From Trueperaceae bacterium (GTDB lineage: Bacteria > Deinococcota > Deinococci > Deinococcales > Trueperaceae): 64,000 nucleotides of DNA. Of this stretch, positions 51,881-62,472 are shown one piece after another (position 1 is the stretch's first letter; each line of letters begins with the position of its first letter). The translations under genes were made by a program, and so were the position numbers. Where the stretch lies: the NCBI GenBank assembly GCA_034520945.1, contig JAXHNB010000005.1, positions 64,001-128,000 on the forward strand, given 5' to 3'. The notes beneath the pieces were generated by a model, which saw nothing but the letters and a program-made list of their open reading frames with translations, searched no databases and was not told the origin of the DNA.

Positions 51881-52041
51881 CCATTGGGGGGAGGGTTCAG
51901 GTGCGTCAGGAGGATTGTTGCTGCCCTTGGACGTCACCATAGGCGGCGGGCCTGAATGCCACCTGTGTGCCGCGTGAGCCGCGTGAGCCGGGCGTGTGCC
52001 ACATCGCGTGTCGCGTCGGCGGGGGCTGGTTCGCGCTTCGG

Positions 52042-54030
52042 TCAGGTCCCGCCTTGGTGCGCGGCGCGTTCGCGGAACTGCAGGTCGTACAGCTTCCGGT
52101 AGTAGCCGTCCTGGGCCAGGAGCTGGGCGTGGTTTCCCTCTTCGATCAGGCGTCCCTGGTGCATCACCAGGATGCGGTCCACGTTCTGGATGGTGGACAA
52201 CCGGTGCGCGATCACGATGCTGGTGCGGCCCTGCATCAGCTTTTCCAGCGCGTTCTGGATGAGGTCCTCGGTCTCGGTGTCGACGTTGGCGGTCGCTTCG
52301 TCCAGCACCAGCAGGATGTCGGGGTTCTGCACCAGGGCCCGCGCGAACGCCAACAGCTGCTTCTGGCCGGTGCTGAACCCGGCGCCGCGCTCGCGGACGG
52401 GCGTGTCGTAGCCTTGGGGCAGCCGTTCGATGAAGCCGTGGGCGTTGACGAACCTGGCGGCTTCGACCACGCGTTCCTGGGGGATGGTGTCGTCGTTCAG
52501 GGTGATGTTGCTGCGGACGGTGCCGCTGAACAGGAACGGGTCCTGAAGCACCACGCCGACGTGCTTGCGGAGCTCGACCTGGTCGTAGTCGCGCACGTCG
52601 CGGCCGTCGATCTTGACGGAGCCGTGCTGCACGTCGTAGAAGCGGCTGACCAGGCTGGTGATGGTGGTCTTGCCGGCGCCGGTGTGGCCGACGAAGGCGA
52701 CCGACTCGCCGGGCTGGATGGTGAACGACACGTCGCGCAGCACCCAGTCGTCGTCCTGGTACGCGAACGACACGTTCTCGAAGCGGACCTCGCCCTGGAA
52801 GGCGGTGTCGAAGCGGTCCGGGTCCGGCTTGTTGGTGACCCCTTCGGACGTGTCCAGGAGGCCGAAGATCCGTTCGCTGGACGCCATGGCGGCCTGGATG
52901 ATGTTGAACTTGTCGGACAGGTCCTGCAGGGGCCGGAAGAACATCTCGCCGTACTGCTGGAAGGTGATCAGCACGCCGATGCTGATGATCGCGGCGCTGC
53001 CGGGCCCGACCAGGTGGTAGGCGGCCCACCACAGGATCAACGCGGTGGCGGCGGCGCGCGCCAGGTTCACGGCCGGCCAGAACAGGCTGAACCAGCGCAC
53101 CTGTTCGGCGTGCGCGTCGAGGAGCTGTAGGTTGAGGTGGTCGAAGCGCTTCTGGTTGCGCGTCTCGCGGTTGAACAGTTGGACCGTCTTGATGCCGCCC
53201 AGGTTCTCCGCCAGGTACGCGTTGGATCGGCTGGTGCGCAGCCGCACCGAGCGGTAGGCGTCGCGCAGCCGGGTGCGCAGGAAGGTGAGGACGCCGAACA
53301 GCACCGGCATGACGGTGAGCGTGATCAGTGCCAAGCGCCAGTCGATGGTGAACATGTACACCATCAGGCCGACCAGCATGCCGACGTCGGCCACCAGGCC
53401 GACCACGCCGTCGGTCATGAGCATCTGGATGGCGTCGACGTCGCTGGTGATGCGGGTGATCAGGCGCCCGACGGGGGTGCGGTCGAAGTAGCCCATGTGC
53501 AGCCGCTGGATCTTGCCGAAGATGCGGCTGCGGATGTCGTAGACGATGTGCTGCCCCATCCAGGCGACCAGGTAGGTGTAGCCGTAGCGCAGCACGAAGT
53601 TGGTCAGCGCCAATCCGACGTAGATCGCCACGATCCCTGCCAGGCCGCCGAGACGCTGGTCGACGGTGAGCGACGCCCACGGTTGCTGGCCCGCCACCAG
53701 GAACCGGTCGACGGCCATGCCGATCAGGAACGGGAACATCGGCGCGATCGCGCTGTACGCCAGCAGCAGGGCGATGCCCGCCGCCAGCTGCAGCCGGTAC
53801 GGCTTCAGGAACGCCAGCAGCCGGCGCATGAGCTGCCAGTCGAAGGCGCGCTCCATCGCCATTCCGTCCTCGTCGAACTTGCCCTCGTGACGAAGTTCGT
53901 CGACGTACTGGTGTCGGTGGGCACGGTAGTCGGCCTTGACCTCGTGGATCCGGTAGTCCGGATCGTGCATGTCGGTCAGCGCGTCCCGGTCGGGCGTGCC
54001 GTTCGGCTCGTGGGGGCGCCTCGGTCTCAT
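52042..54030 (-). CDS. ABC exporter, fused permease/ATPase (MdlB-like half of a heterodimer)
   Basis: TM domain; GHTGAGKTT, FSTGQKQL, VLDEATANVD, IAHRLSTI. Confidence 0.92.
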   Translation of the reverse strand: MRPRRPHEPNGTPDRDALTDMHDPDYRIHEVKADYRAHRHQYVDELRHEGKFDEDGMAMERAFDWQLMRRLLAFLKPYRLQLAAGIALLLAYSAIAPMFPFLIGMAVDRFLVAGQQPWASLTVDQRLGGLAGIVAIYVGLALTNFVLRYGYTYLVAWMGQHIVYDIRSRIFGKIQRLHMGYFDRTPVGRLITRITSDVDAIQMLMTDGVVGLVADVGMLVGLMVYMFTIDWRLALITLTVMPVLFGVLTFLRTRLRDAYRSVRLRTSRSNAYLAENLGGIKTVQLFNRETRNQKRFDHLNLQLLDAHAEQVRWFSLFWPAVNLARAAATALILWWAAYHLVGPGSAAIISIGVLITFQQYGEMFFRPLQDLSDKFNIIQAAMASSERIFGLLDTSEGVTNKPDPDRFDTAFQGEVRFENVSFAYQDDDWVLRDVSFTIQPGESVAFVGHTGAGKTTITSLVSRFYDVQHGSVKIDGRDVRDYDQVELRKHVGVVLQDPFLFSGTVRSNITLNDDTIPQERVVEAARFVNAHGFIERLPQGYDTPVRERGAGFSTGQKQLLAFARALVQNPDILLVLDEATANVDTETEDLIQNALEKLMQGRTSIVIAHRLSTIQNVDRILVMHQGRLIEEGNHAQLLAQDGYYRKLYDLQFRERAAHQGGT

Positions 54031-55796
54031 GTCGACTCCAGGTCGCGTTCGAGTTGCTGGCGGCGGTCCATGTCGGCGTACCAGCCGTCCCGCGACAGCA
54101 GCTGGGCGTGGGTGCCGGCCTCCACGATGCGGCCGCGGTCCAGGACCAGGATGCGGTCGGCGGAGCGGAACGCGCTGATGCGGTGCGCCACGATCAACGT
54201 GGTGCGCCCCTCCTGAACGCGGTCCAGGCCGTCCAGGATGGCGGACTCGGTCTGGGTGTCGATCGCGGAGAGCGCGTCGTCCAGGATCAGGATCGACGGT
54301 TCACGGGCGAAGGCGCGCGCCAAGGCGGTGCGTTGGCGCTGCCCGCCGGACAGGGTGACGCCCCGTTCGCCCAGGCGCGTGTGGTAGCCGGCGGGGAACT
54401 CCTGCACGTCCCGGTCCAGTTGCGCCAGGCGGGCCACCTCGCGGATGCGCGGCATGATGTCGTCCATGTCGGTCTCCGGGAGCCCGTAGGCGATGTTTTC
54501 GGCCAGCGAGTCGCTGAACAGGAACGGTTCTTGCGGCACCACGCCGATGTAGCGCCGGAGCACCTCGACCGGGAACTGCTCGATGGGGCGACCGTCGATG
54601 AGGATGCGCCCCTCGTCCGGTTCGATCACGCGCGCGATCAGCTCGACCAGCACGGTCTTGCCCGCGCCGGTGCGGCCGGTGATCCCGAGCGTCTCGCCAC
54701 GCTGGACGCGGAACGACACATCATCCAGCGCGACCAGGTCGCCGAAGCGCACGGTGACGTTCTGGAACTCGATGTCGCCGTGGACCTCGCGTAGCTCGTA
54801 GTCCACCTCCGGGCCGTCCTGGATGGCGGGCTCGGTGTCCAGGATCTCGCGCAGGCGCAACCAACTGGTGGTGCCGCGCTGGATCACGTTGGCGATCCAG
54901 CCGAGCGCGATCAGCGGCCACTGGATCCCCATGAACAGGAACACGAACGCGCTGAAGTCGCCGATCGACAGGCTTCCGCCCGCCCCGAGCACCTGCCGAC
55001 CGCCGAACAGCAGCAACGCGCTGATGGTGAGCCCGAAGAACACCTCCATCAGCGGGAACAACGGCCCGTCGATGCGGGTGAGGGCCAGGTTGCGGCGGAT
55101 GAACTCGTCGTTGAGGCGCTCGAAGGCGTCCACTTCGCGGTTCTCGACGCCGAAGCCCTTGACGACGCGCATGCCGGAGAAGTTCTCCTGCGCCATGGCG
55201 CTCACGGTGCTGAACTGCTCCTGGACGCGCTGGTAGCGGCGATGGATGATGCGGAGCAGCACGAAGAACGTCAGCGTGATGAACGGGACCACCAGCAACG
55301 TCATCAGGGTGAGCCCCAGGTCCAAGCGCGCCATGCGGTAGAGGGTGAACCCCAGCAGCAACGCGGTGTTGGTGCCCATGAACACCGCCACGCCCGCCAC
55401 CATCCGTACGGCGTTCAGGTCGGCGGTCAGGCGCGCCATCAGGTCGCCGACGCGGTGGTCGTCGTAGTAGCCGGCGTCCAGGCGCGTGAAGTGCCGGAAC
55501 AGGTCGTGCCGAATGTCGAACTGGACCTCCCAACTGGCGTTCAAGATGGTGCGCCGCACGAACACCATCGCCAGGGACGCGCCCAGGATGGCCAGCACCA
55601 CCAGCCCGATCAGGCGGAGCGCTTCTGAGTAGGCGGCGGATCCGCCGCCCGCGTCGAGCGTGTCGACCACGCGACCGATCAGCACCGGCGACAGCGTGGT
55701 GAGCGCCGCCACCACGACCAGCAGGGCCAGCCCCGACAGGTACTGGACCGGATACCGTCGCGCGTAGCCGAACAGGTCCCGGATGGTCCGTCTCAC
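54027..55796 (-). CDS. ABC exporter, fused permease/ATPase (MdlA-like half)
   Basis: GDLMARLT.D, GRTGAGKT, LSGGQRQR, ILDDALSAID (degenerate catalytic Glu replaced by Asp, typical of heterodimeric exporters). Confidence 0.92.
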   Translation of the reverse strand: MRRTIRDLFGYARRYPVQYLSGLALLVVVAALTTLSPVLIGRVVDTLDAGGGSAAYSEALRLIGLVVLAILGASLAMVFVRRTILNASWEVQFDIRHDLFRHFTRLDAGYYDDHRVGDLMARLTADLNAVRMVAGVAVFMGTNTALLLGFTLYRMARLDLGLTLMTLLVVPFITLTFFVLLRIIHRRYQRVQEQFSTVSAMAQENFSGMRVVKGFGVENREVDAFERLNDEFIRRNLALTRIDGPLFPLMEVFFGLTISALLLFGGRQVLGAGGSLSIGDFSAFVFLFMGIQWPLIALGWIANVIQRGTTSWLRLREILDTEPAIQDGPEVDYELREVHGDIEFQNVTVRFGDLVALDDVSFRVQRGETLGITGRTGAGKTVLVELIARVIEPDEGRILIDGRPIEQFPVEVLRRYIGVVPQEPFLFSDSLAENIAYGLPETDMDDIMPRIREVARLAQLDRDVQEFPAGYHTRLGERGVTLSGGQRQRTALARAFAREPSILILDDALSAIDTQTESAILDGLDRVQEGRTTLIVAHRISAFRSADRILVLDRGRIVEAGTHAQLLSRDGWYADMDRRQQLERDLEST

Positions 55797-55953
55797 GTCG
55801 TCTCCTCACGGCGCGCCCGGAGTGGGCGCGCGGCCTCGTCGTAGCGGGGCCCCGACCGCGTGCCCGCGGGGGGCACGGCCGGGGCCGGTGAAAGCACCGG
55901 CCAGAATACACCCGGGCGCCGGGGCCGGCGGGCCGGCAGGTCACCCGGCGCGG

Positions 55954-57681
55954 TCAGGGATCCGGGGCGCCCGCCGGTTCGCTGCGGGTCACGCGCTGCT
56001 CGGCGTACGGCGCGCCGCCCAGCGTCAGTTCGAACGTCACCGGGCCGGGCGTGGCGGTCAGCCAGCGCCCCTCGATCTCGTCGCCCCCCTGCGCCTCCTG
56101 GCGGGCGATGCGCCGGCGGTCGCCGCCGACTGGCTGCGCGTACACCTCCGCGGTCCGTGCCGGGATGCCGGGCTCGATCACGAAGCGGTAGGGGACCCAG
56201 CGTAGGTGCGGGCTTCGGATCTCGACGCTGGGCTCGGGCACGCGCAGGGCGACGGGCCGCACGTTCACGGTCACCGTGAGGGCGTCGCCGGCCGGACTGC
56301 CGGGCGACGGGGATTGCAGGATCACGCCCTCGGGCAGGGCGCTGTGTTGCGCGTGTTCGACGCGGACGCTCAGTCCGCGGTCGGCCGCCGCGCGTTCCGC
56401 TTCGGCGCGGGTCAGGCCGATCAAGTCGGGAACGGCCGCGGCATCGGCGGGCCCGGACGGGTCGGGCGGCGCGGGCCCTTCGACGGAGGGGCCGGCCACC
56501 ACCATGCGGAGGGTCACGTCGGTCGCGCGGACCGGCGTCCACGGGGCGGGCGTCATGCTGCTCACCTGGCCCGGCGGCACGTCCAGTCCGGTGACGCGAT
56601 CGACGAGAATCCGTTCGGCCGGCAGCCCGGCCAGCCGGGCCAGCGCTCGGGCGTCCTCCAGCGATAGGCCCCGCAGGTCCGGAAGGAAGGTGGTCTCGCG
56701 GCGTGGACCGTCGCTGACCAACAGGTCGATCGGCCCTTCGGCCACGGCGCGGGCGCCCGGGTCGGGCCGTTGGGCCATCACGGTGCCCGCAGGGAGGTCG
56801 GCCGGCACCCGCGCGACGCGTCCCAGGCGCCACGGGCCGTCGGCCAACGCCGTTCGCACGTCGCCCGTGAGGGGACGTTGCCGCAGGTCGGGCACGTCGC
56901 GCACCAGACCGTCGCCGCCGGGGAGGACGTGGGTGAGCGTCACGGTGCGTCCGGGGCGCAGGGTGGTGCCCGGCGGGGGGGTGATGGACACGGCCGTGCC
57001 GGTCTCGCCCCCTTCGCCGCTCGCCTGGGGCGCCACGGCCAGCCCGAGGTCGACGAGGCGCTCGGCGGCGTCCTGCGCCTGCATGCCGGACACGTCCGGC
57101 ACCACGACCATGCGGTCGTTGTCACTGCGTTCCCACGCCGCGATGCCCAGGGCCAACGCAGTCAGGCTGGCCAGCAGCCCCACCAGCCAGGTGCGGAGCC
57201 AGGGCGGCGCGGCGGGCAGCCGCGGCAGCGAGCGGGCGCCTGAGGGGGCGGGCGCAGCCTCGTCGCTGGGCGCGTGGGGGCGGGGGGCCGGGAGGGCGGA
57301 GCCGTCCCAGGCGAGCCCCGCGAGGACCGTTCGACGGCCGGCGCGCCTAAGGTCGCTCCCGTCCGGGTCCAGGTCGAGTGCCTCCAAGCGGCGCCGCCAG
57401 GCGGCGTCCGGCGGCGCGGCGGGCGCGTCGCCGGGATCGTCCCATACCGTGTAGTGGGCGCCGGGTCGAGCGACCACGTCGCGCAGCAGGACATCATTGC
57501 GGCGGCCGAGCTGCCGCAAGGCCCAACGGTAGCGCTCGAAGGCGGGTTCGGTGCGGGGGCCGACGTCGTACCACACGATCCGAACCAGCCGCCCGTCGGG
57601 ATCGGTGGCCTGGACGAGGCTCTGGTCGGCCGACAACGCCTGTTGTTTGAGGATCTCGTACTTGCCGTCGATCAGGGGCAC
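55954..57681 (-). CDS. PASTA-domain membrane protein with a degenerate kinase-like N-terminus
   Basis: One TM helix followed by about four PASTA repeats (VPDVSG, VPDLRQ, LPDLRGLS, VPDLIGLT; V..Q.P.PG); SD GGGAGG. Confidence 0.8.
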   Translation of the reverse strand: MPLIDGKYEILKQQALSADQSLVQATDPDGRLVRIVWYDVGPRTEPAFERYRWALRQLGRRNDVLLRDVVARPGAHYTVWDDPGDAPAAPPDAAWRRRLEALDLDPDGSDLRRAGRRTVLAGLAWDGSALPAPRPHAPSDEAAPAPSGARSLPRLPAAPPWLRTWLVGLLASLTALALGIAAWERSDNDRMVVVPDVSGMQAQDAAERLVDLGLAVAPQASGEGGETGTAVSITPPPGTTLRPGRTVTLTHVLPGGDGLVRDVPDLRQRPLTGDVRTALADGPWRLGRVARVPADLPAGTVMAQRPDPGARAVAEGPIDLLVSDGPRRETTFLPDLRGLSLEDARALARLAGLPAERILVDRVTGLDVPPGQVSSMTPAPWTPVRATDVTLRMVVAGPSVEGPAPPDPSGPADAAAVPDLIGLTRAEAERAAADRGLSVRVEHAQHSALPEGVILQSPSPGSPAGDALTVTVNVRPVALRVPEPSVEIRSPHLRWVPYRFVIEPGIPARTAEVYAQPVGGDRRRIARQEAQGGDEIEGRWLTATPGPVTFELTLGGAPYAEQRVTRSEPAGAPDP

Positions 57682-57791
57682 GTCATTCGCCTCCCGCGAC
57701 CATACCGCGTGCAGTCACGGGCATCGCGGCGCCCTCGGGCGCCGCGATGCGGGCGTTCGCGTTGTGGGCGTGGGCCGCGGGCGTGGGCGCC

Positions 57792-59774
57792 TCAGCTGCC
57801 CGTGTCGGGGGCCGGGTGGGGCGGAAGCGTCGGCGCGGGGCGGTCGCGTCGGTCGTCGTTCGTCGCCTCCTCGCCCTGCGGGGCGGGTTCTTCCTCGTCC
57901 TCGGGGTCCTCCTCCGACTCCTGGACCAGCCAATCGACGATGTCGTCGACCGGCATGCCCTGTTCGGAGCGCCGGTACGCTTCGTGGATCAGGGTGCCGT
58001 CGATGGTTTCACGTCTCAGCAGCGCTTCCGCGACGGCGTGCACGGCGGGCCAGTGTTCGTCGATCAGCTGTTCGCACGACTCGTACGCTCCGGCGAGCAT
58101 GGTCGACACCTGCTCCTCGAGCTCGCGCGCGGTCTGTTCGCTGAAGTCCTTGCGCCGCGAGATCTCGCCCCCGAGGAAGATGGGTCCCTGGTCGGAGCCC
58201 CACGCCACGAACTCGGAATTGCCCATGCCGAGGTCCAGCACCATCTGTTTGGCGGTCTCCGTCGCCTGCTTGAGGTCGTTGCTGGCGCCGGAACTGAGCG
58301 TGCCGGTGATTCGCTTCTCGGCGACGCGGCCGCCGAACGCCACCACCAACTGGGCGGTGAACCGCTCGACGCTGTAGAACAGCTGTTCCTTGGCCAGCGG
58401 CGCCATGAAGCCGCCGGCGCCCCCGCGCGGCATGATGGTGACCTTGCGGATGCGTCCGAGGGTCTCCTGGGCGGCGAACGCGACCGCGTGACCGGATTCG
58501 TGGTACGCGAGGATCTTGCGTTCCTCGGGGCTGGGGATGAGGCTGCCGCGCCGAAGGCCGAGGGTGATGCGGTCCAACGCTTCGTTGAAGTCGTTCCAGG
58601 TGATGGTGCGCTTGTGGTTCCGCGCCGCCACCAGCGCCGCTTCGTTGGTGAGGTTCTCCAGGTCGGCGCCGGAGAACATCGGCGTGGCCTCCGCCAGGCG
58701 GTCGAGGTCGACGTCGTCCTCGATCGGCTTCTTCTTGACGTGCACTTCCAGGATCTCGGATCGTTCCCGCTTGGTGGGCAGGCCGATGGATACCTGCCGG
58801 TCGAAGCGTCCCGGGCGCAGCAGCGCGGGGTCCAGGACGTCGGGCCGGTTGGTGGCGGCCAGGATGATCACCGAGGTGTCCTTTTCGAAGCCGTCCATCT
58901 CGGCCAGGATCTGGTTCAGGGTCTGCTCGCGTTCGTCGTGCCCGCCACCGATGCCGGCGCCGCGCCGTCGGCCGATCGAGTCGAGCTCGTCGATGAAGAT
59001 GATGGCGGGGCTGGACTTGCGGGCGTCCTCGAACAGGTTGCGGACGCGGCTGGCCCCGACACCGACGAACATCTCCATGAACTCCGAGGCGGAGACCGTC
59101 AGGAACGGCACGCCGGCCTCGCCGGACACGGCGCGCGCCAGCAGCGTCTTGCCGGTGCCGGGCGGCCCCACCAGCAGCATGCCTTTGGGGATCTCGGCGC
59201 CGATCTGCAGGTACTTCTGCGGGTTCTTCAGAAAGTCGACGACCTCGAGGAGCTCCTGCTTGGCCTCCTTGTGGCCGGCCACCTCGTCGAAGGTGGTCTT
59301 GACGTTGTTCTCGCGGCCGTACGTCTTGGCTTTGGATTGCCCGAACTGCATCACTTGGCTCGGACCGCCCTGCGCCCGCATGAAGATGAACCAGAAGAAC
59401 GCGATCAACACCACGATCGGCAGGATCGACACCGCGAACCCGATCCACTGCGGTGGGTTGCGGACGGTGACGTCGGGCACCTCGGCCTGCAGCTCCTGCA
59501 CCAGTGAGTCGGTGATGATCGCGGTGGTGTCGAAGCGCTCGATGGTGCGGGCGGTGTCGTCGATGGTGACCTGCGTGGGGCCGGTGAGCGTGCCTTCGAT
59601 GTCGCCGTTGGAGCGTTCGATCGTCACTTCGGCGACGCGACCGTTCGCGACGAGCTCCCGGAACGTCGTCAGGTTGATCTCGCTGCTGCCGCCACCGGCA
59701 TTGAACTGGTTGAACACGAAGATGCCCAGGATGATGAGCATCACGATCAGCCAGGGATTGAATGAGCGTTTCAA
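57792..59774 (-). CDS. ftsH: ATP-dependent zinc metalloprotease FtsH
   Basis: Two TM helices; GPPGTGKT, IFIDELD, ATNRPDVLDPALLRPGRFDR, HESGH, GASND. TTG start with SD GGGAGG. Confidence 0.96.
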   Translation of the reverse strand: MKRSFNPWLIVMLIILGIFVFNQFNAGGGSSEINLTTFRELVANGRVAEVTIERSNGDIEGTLTGPTQVTIDDTARTIERFDTTAIITDSLVQELQAEVPDVTVRNPPQWIGFAVSILPIVVLIAFFWFIFMRAQGGPSQVMQFGQSKAKTYGRENNVKTTFDEVAGHKEAKQELLEVVDFLKNPQKYLQIGAEIPKGMLLVGPPGTGKTLLARAVSGEAGVPFLTVSASEFMEMFVGVGASRVRNLFEDARKSSPAIIFIDELDSIGRRRGAGIGGGHDEREQTLNQILAEMDGFEKDTSVIILAATNRPDVLDPALLRPGRFDRQVSIGLPTKRERSEILEVHVKKKPIEDDVDLDRLAEATPMFSGADLENLTNEAALVAARNHKRTITWNDFNEALDRITLGLRRGSLIPSPEERKILAYHESGHAVAFAAQETLGRIRKVTIMPRGGAGGFMAPLAKEQLFYSVERFTAQLVVAFGGRVAEKRITGTLSSGASNDLKQATETAKQMVLDLGMGNSEFVAWGSDQGPIFLGGEISRRKDFSEQTARELEEQVSTMLAGAYESCEQLIDEHWPAVHAVAEALLRRETIDGTLIHEAYRRSEQGMPVDDIVDWLVQESEEDPEDEEEPAPQGEEATNDDRRDRPAPTLPPHPAPDTGS

Positions 59775-59991
59775 CGGTTCCTCCCGTCAGTCGGCGAGCG
59801 CGCTGTCGCCGCTGACGACGGAACGCACACGCATTGCGTCGGCACTTTAGCACCGACGACCGTGGCCGCAAGGTATGCCGCAGGACGAATCCAAGCGCCG
59901 TCCAGGAGGGAGCAAACTCCCATTCTTCTCACATTCATTGGCGGGGCGTCGCTGACGCGCGCGGCCACGCGTGTTCGCGCCTCGAGGCGGC

Positions 59992-61239
59992 TCAGAAACG
60001 GTAGCCCTTCGGGATGGCTGTGACGCCGCCCTCGGTGACGGTGAAGCCGCGCGCGCGGTCCTCCTCCGCGTCGACCCCGATCCGGGTCCCCTCCGGCACC
60101 TGCACGTTCTTGTCGATGATGGCGTTGCGGATGGTGCAACCGCGACCGATCTCGACGCTGTCCAGCAGGATGGAGCGCTCCACCTGCGCGAAGCTGTGCA
60201 CGCGCGCGCGGCGCGACAGCACCGATGAGCGGACGGTGCCCCCGGAGATGATGACGCCGCCGGCCAGTAGGCTGTCGAACGCTTGGCCGCGCCGTTCGGC
60301 CTCTTCGTGCACGAACTTCGCGGGGGGCGAGAACTCGACCGACGTCCGCAGCGGCCATTCGTCGTTGAACAGGTCGAACTCGGGCACCACCGCCACCAGG
60401 TCCATGTTCGCCGCGTGGTAGCTGTCCATCGTGCCCACGTCCCGCCAGTAGGTGTTGGGGCCCTCTTGGCCCGGGATGGGGTTGCGGGCGAAGTCGTAGG
60501 CGTACAGCCTGCGACCTGACTTCAATGCGTCCGGCAGGACGTTCTTGCCGAAGTCGTGCTCGCTGGTCGGCTTGGCGGCGTCCTCGCTCAGCATCGAGAA
60601 CAGCGCGTCGCGGCTGAACACGTAGTTTCCCATCGACGCCAACGCGTGCGACGGATCGCCGGGAATCGGGTTCGGCTGCGCCGGTTTTTCCTGGAACTCG
60701 GTGATATGGAAGGCATCGTTCACCTGCAGGACGCCGAACCGGGAGGCGTCGGCGACCGGCGTGGGGTAGGCGGCGACGGTGACGTCGGCCTCCTTTTCCA
60801 GGTGGTACTCGATCATGTGGCTGATGTCCATCTTGTAGATGTGGTCGCCGGAGAAGATCGCGATCAGATCGGCGTCGTTGTTGTCGATCAGGTGCAGGTT
60901 CTGGTAGATCGCGTCCGCCGTGCCGCGGTACCACTCCGCACCGAGCTCCTCGTACAGGTACATCTGGGCGGGAGCGAGGGTGATGAAGTGGTCGGACAGG
61001 AAGCTGCCGAAGCGCCAGTTCCGCTGGATGTGCTCGGTCAGCGACTGCGCCTTGAACTGCGTCAGGACGTACATCCCGAAGATCCCCGAGTTGATCATGT
61101 TGTTGAGCGCGAAGTCGATGATGCGGTACTTGCTGCCGAACGGCACGGCCGGCTTGGTCCGCTTCCAGGTCAACGGGTGCAGGCGCGTGCCCTTGCCGCC
61201 GGCCAGCACCATGCCGACCGTCTTGAGCTTCTTCGCCAT
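59992..61239 (-). CDS. glgC: Glucose-1-phosphate adenylyltransferase
   Basis: Motifs [62 protein letters not shown]. Confidence 0.96.
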   Translation of the reverse strand: MAKKLKTVGMVLAGGKGTRLHPLTWKRTKPAVPFGSKYRIIDFALNNMINSGIFGMYVLTQFKAQSLTEHIQRNWRFGSFLSDHFITLAPAQMYLYEELGAEWYRGTADAIYQNLHLIDNNDADLIAIFSGDHIYKMDISHMIEYHLEKEADVTVAAYPTPVADASRFGVLQVNDAFHITEFQEKPAQPNPIPGDPSHALASMGNYVFSRDALFSMLSEDAAKPTSEHDFGKNVLPDALKSGRRLYAYDFARNPIPGQEGPNTYWRDVGTMDSYHAANMDLVAVVPEFDLFNDEWPLRTSVEFSPPAKFVHEEAERRGQAFDSLLAGGVIISGGTVRSSVLSRRARVHSFAQVERSILLDSVEIGRGCTIRNAIIDKNVQVPEGTRIGVDAEEDRARGFTVTEGGVTAIPKGYRF

Positions 61240-61410
61240 CTGCGTGGCCTCCTTGGGAGGTGCCGAATGCGGGGGTGTCGGAGGTTCGAGCCCGATGATA
61301 GCGCGCACCCCCCGCCCGTGTCGCTGTGGCGCGCAGCGTTCGGCGCGGTGCACGCCCGGCGTGCAGGCGGGCACACGGCCGCCGCCGGGTCGCGTGCTAG
61401 GCTTCCGCCG

Positions 61411-62472
61411 ATGACGACGGCCCCGCTTCCGCTGCTGTTCGACCTCGAACCGGACGACCTTCCCAGCGAGGAGGGGCGCGCCTACCGGCGGCGGCAGCTG
61501 GCCGGTTGGCTGTACCGGCGCGGCGCGCGCACCTTCGATCGGATGACCGATTTGCCGAAGGACTGGCGGGCGTCGCTGGCCGGCGCGTTCGCGATCGACC
61601 CGTTCGCCGAGACCGCGCGCTTTCCGTCGCAGGACGGATCGGTCCGCTACCTGTTCACGCTGCGGGACGGGCGCCGCACCGAAGCGGTGTACATGCCGTA
61701 CGAGAACCGCCGCACCGTGTGCGTGTCGTCGATGGTGGGCTGCCCGGCCGGCTGCACCTTCTGCGCGACGGGGGCGTTGGGGTTCGGCCGCAACCTCTCC
61801 CGCGGCGAGATCGTCGGCCAGCTGCTCGCGGTCGCCTGGCACGAGGCCATCCCGCCCGAGTGGATCCGAAACGTCGTCCTGATGGGGATGGGCGAGGCAT
61901 TGCTGAACTACGCCGAGGCGGTCGCGGCGGTGCGGCGCATGATCGACCCCCGCGCGCTCGGCCTCTCCGCCCGGCGCATCACGTTGTCCACCGTGGGGCT
62001 GCCGGCCAAGATCGAGCGGCTGGCGGAGGAGGGGCTGCCGCTCACCTTGGCGGTCAGCCTGCACGCGCCCGACGAGGAGACGCGGCGCACCATCATCCCC
62101 ACGGCGCACGCGCACGGCATCGACGAGATCGTGCGGGCCCTGCACGTGTGGCAGGCGCGGACCTCGCGGCGCGTGTCGATCGAGTACACCATGCTTGCGG
62201 GCGTGAACGATCGCGGCTGGCAGGCCGACGCCTTGGCGGCGCGGTTGCGCGGGCTCACGGCGCACGTGAACCTGATCCCGTTCAACGCCTGGGACGGTTC
62301 GGGCCACCGGGGCAGTTCCCGGGCCGCCATCGAGGCGTTCCGCGGGCGGCTCGAGGCGGCGGGGGCGTCGGTGTCGGTCCGCTTCAGTCGCGGGCAGGAC
62401 GCCGGGGGCGCGTGCGGCCAGCTCTCCCTGCAGGATGCCGGCGCCGCGACGGCGGGATCGCCGGTGGCTTGA
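61411..62472 (+). CDS. rlmN: Dual-specificity RNA methyltransferase (radical SAM)
   Basis: [47 protein letters not shown]. Confidence 0.94.
   Translation: MTTAPLPLLFDLEPDDLPSEEGRAYRRRQLAGWLYRRGARTFDRMTDLPKDWRASLAGAFAIDPFAETARFPSQDGSVRYLFTLRDGRRTEAVYMPYENRRTVCVSSMVGCPAGCTFCATGALGFGRNLSRGEIVGQLLAVAWHEAIPPEWIRNVVLMGMGEALLNYAEAVAAVRRMIDPRALGLSARRITLSTVGLPAKIERLAEEGLPLTLAVSLHAPDEETRRTIIPTAHAHGIDEIVRALHVWQARTSRRVSIEYTMLAGVNDRGWQADALAARLRGLTAHVNLIPFNAWDGSGHRGSSRAAIEAFRGRLEAAGASVSVRFSRGQDAGGACGQLSLQDAGAATAGSPVA

Noticed and set aside
51890..51977. Plus-strand mini-ORFs after SD-like sequences (MRQEDCCCPWTSP; MLLPLDVTIGGGPECHLCAA)
   Set aside because: They lie downstream of a terminator hairpin, with no plus-strand promoter and no downstream gene to attenuate. 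The G-rich tracts are better read as anti-SD motifs of a minus-strand RNA.
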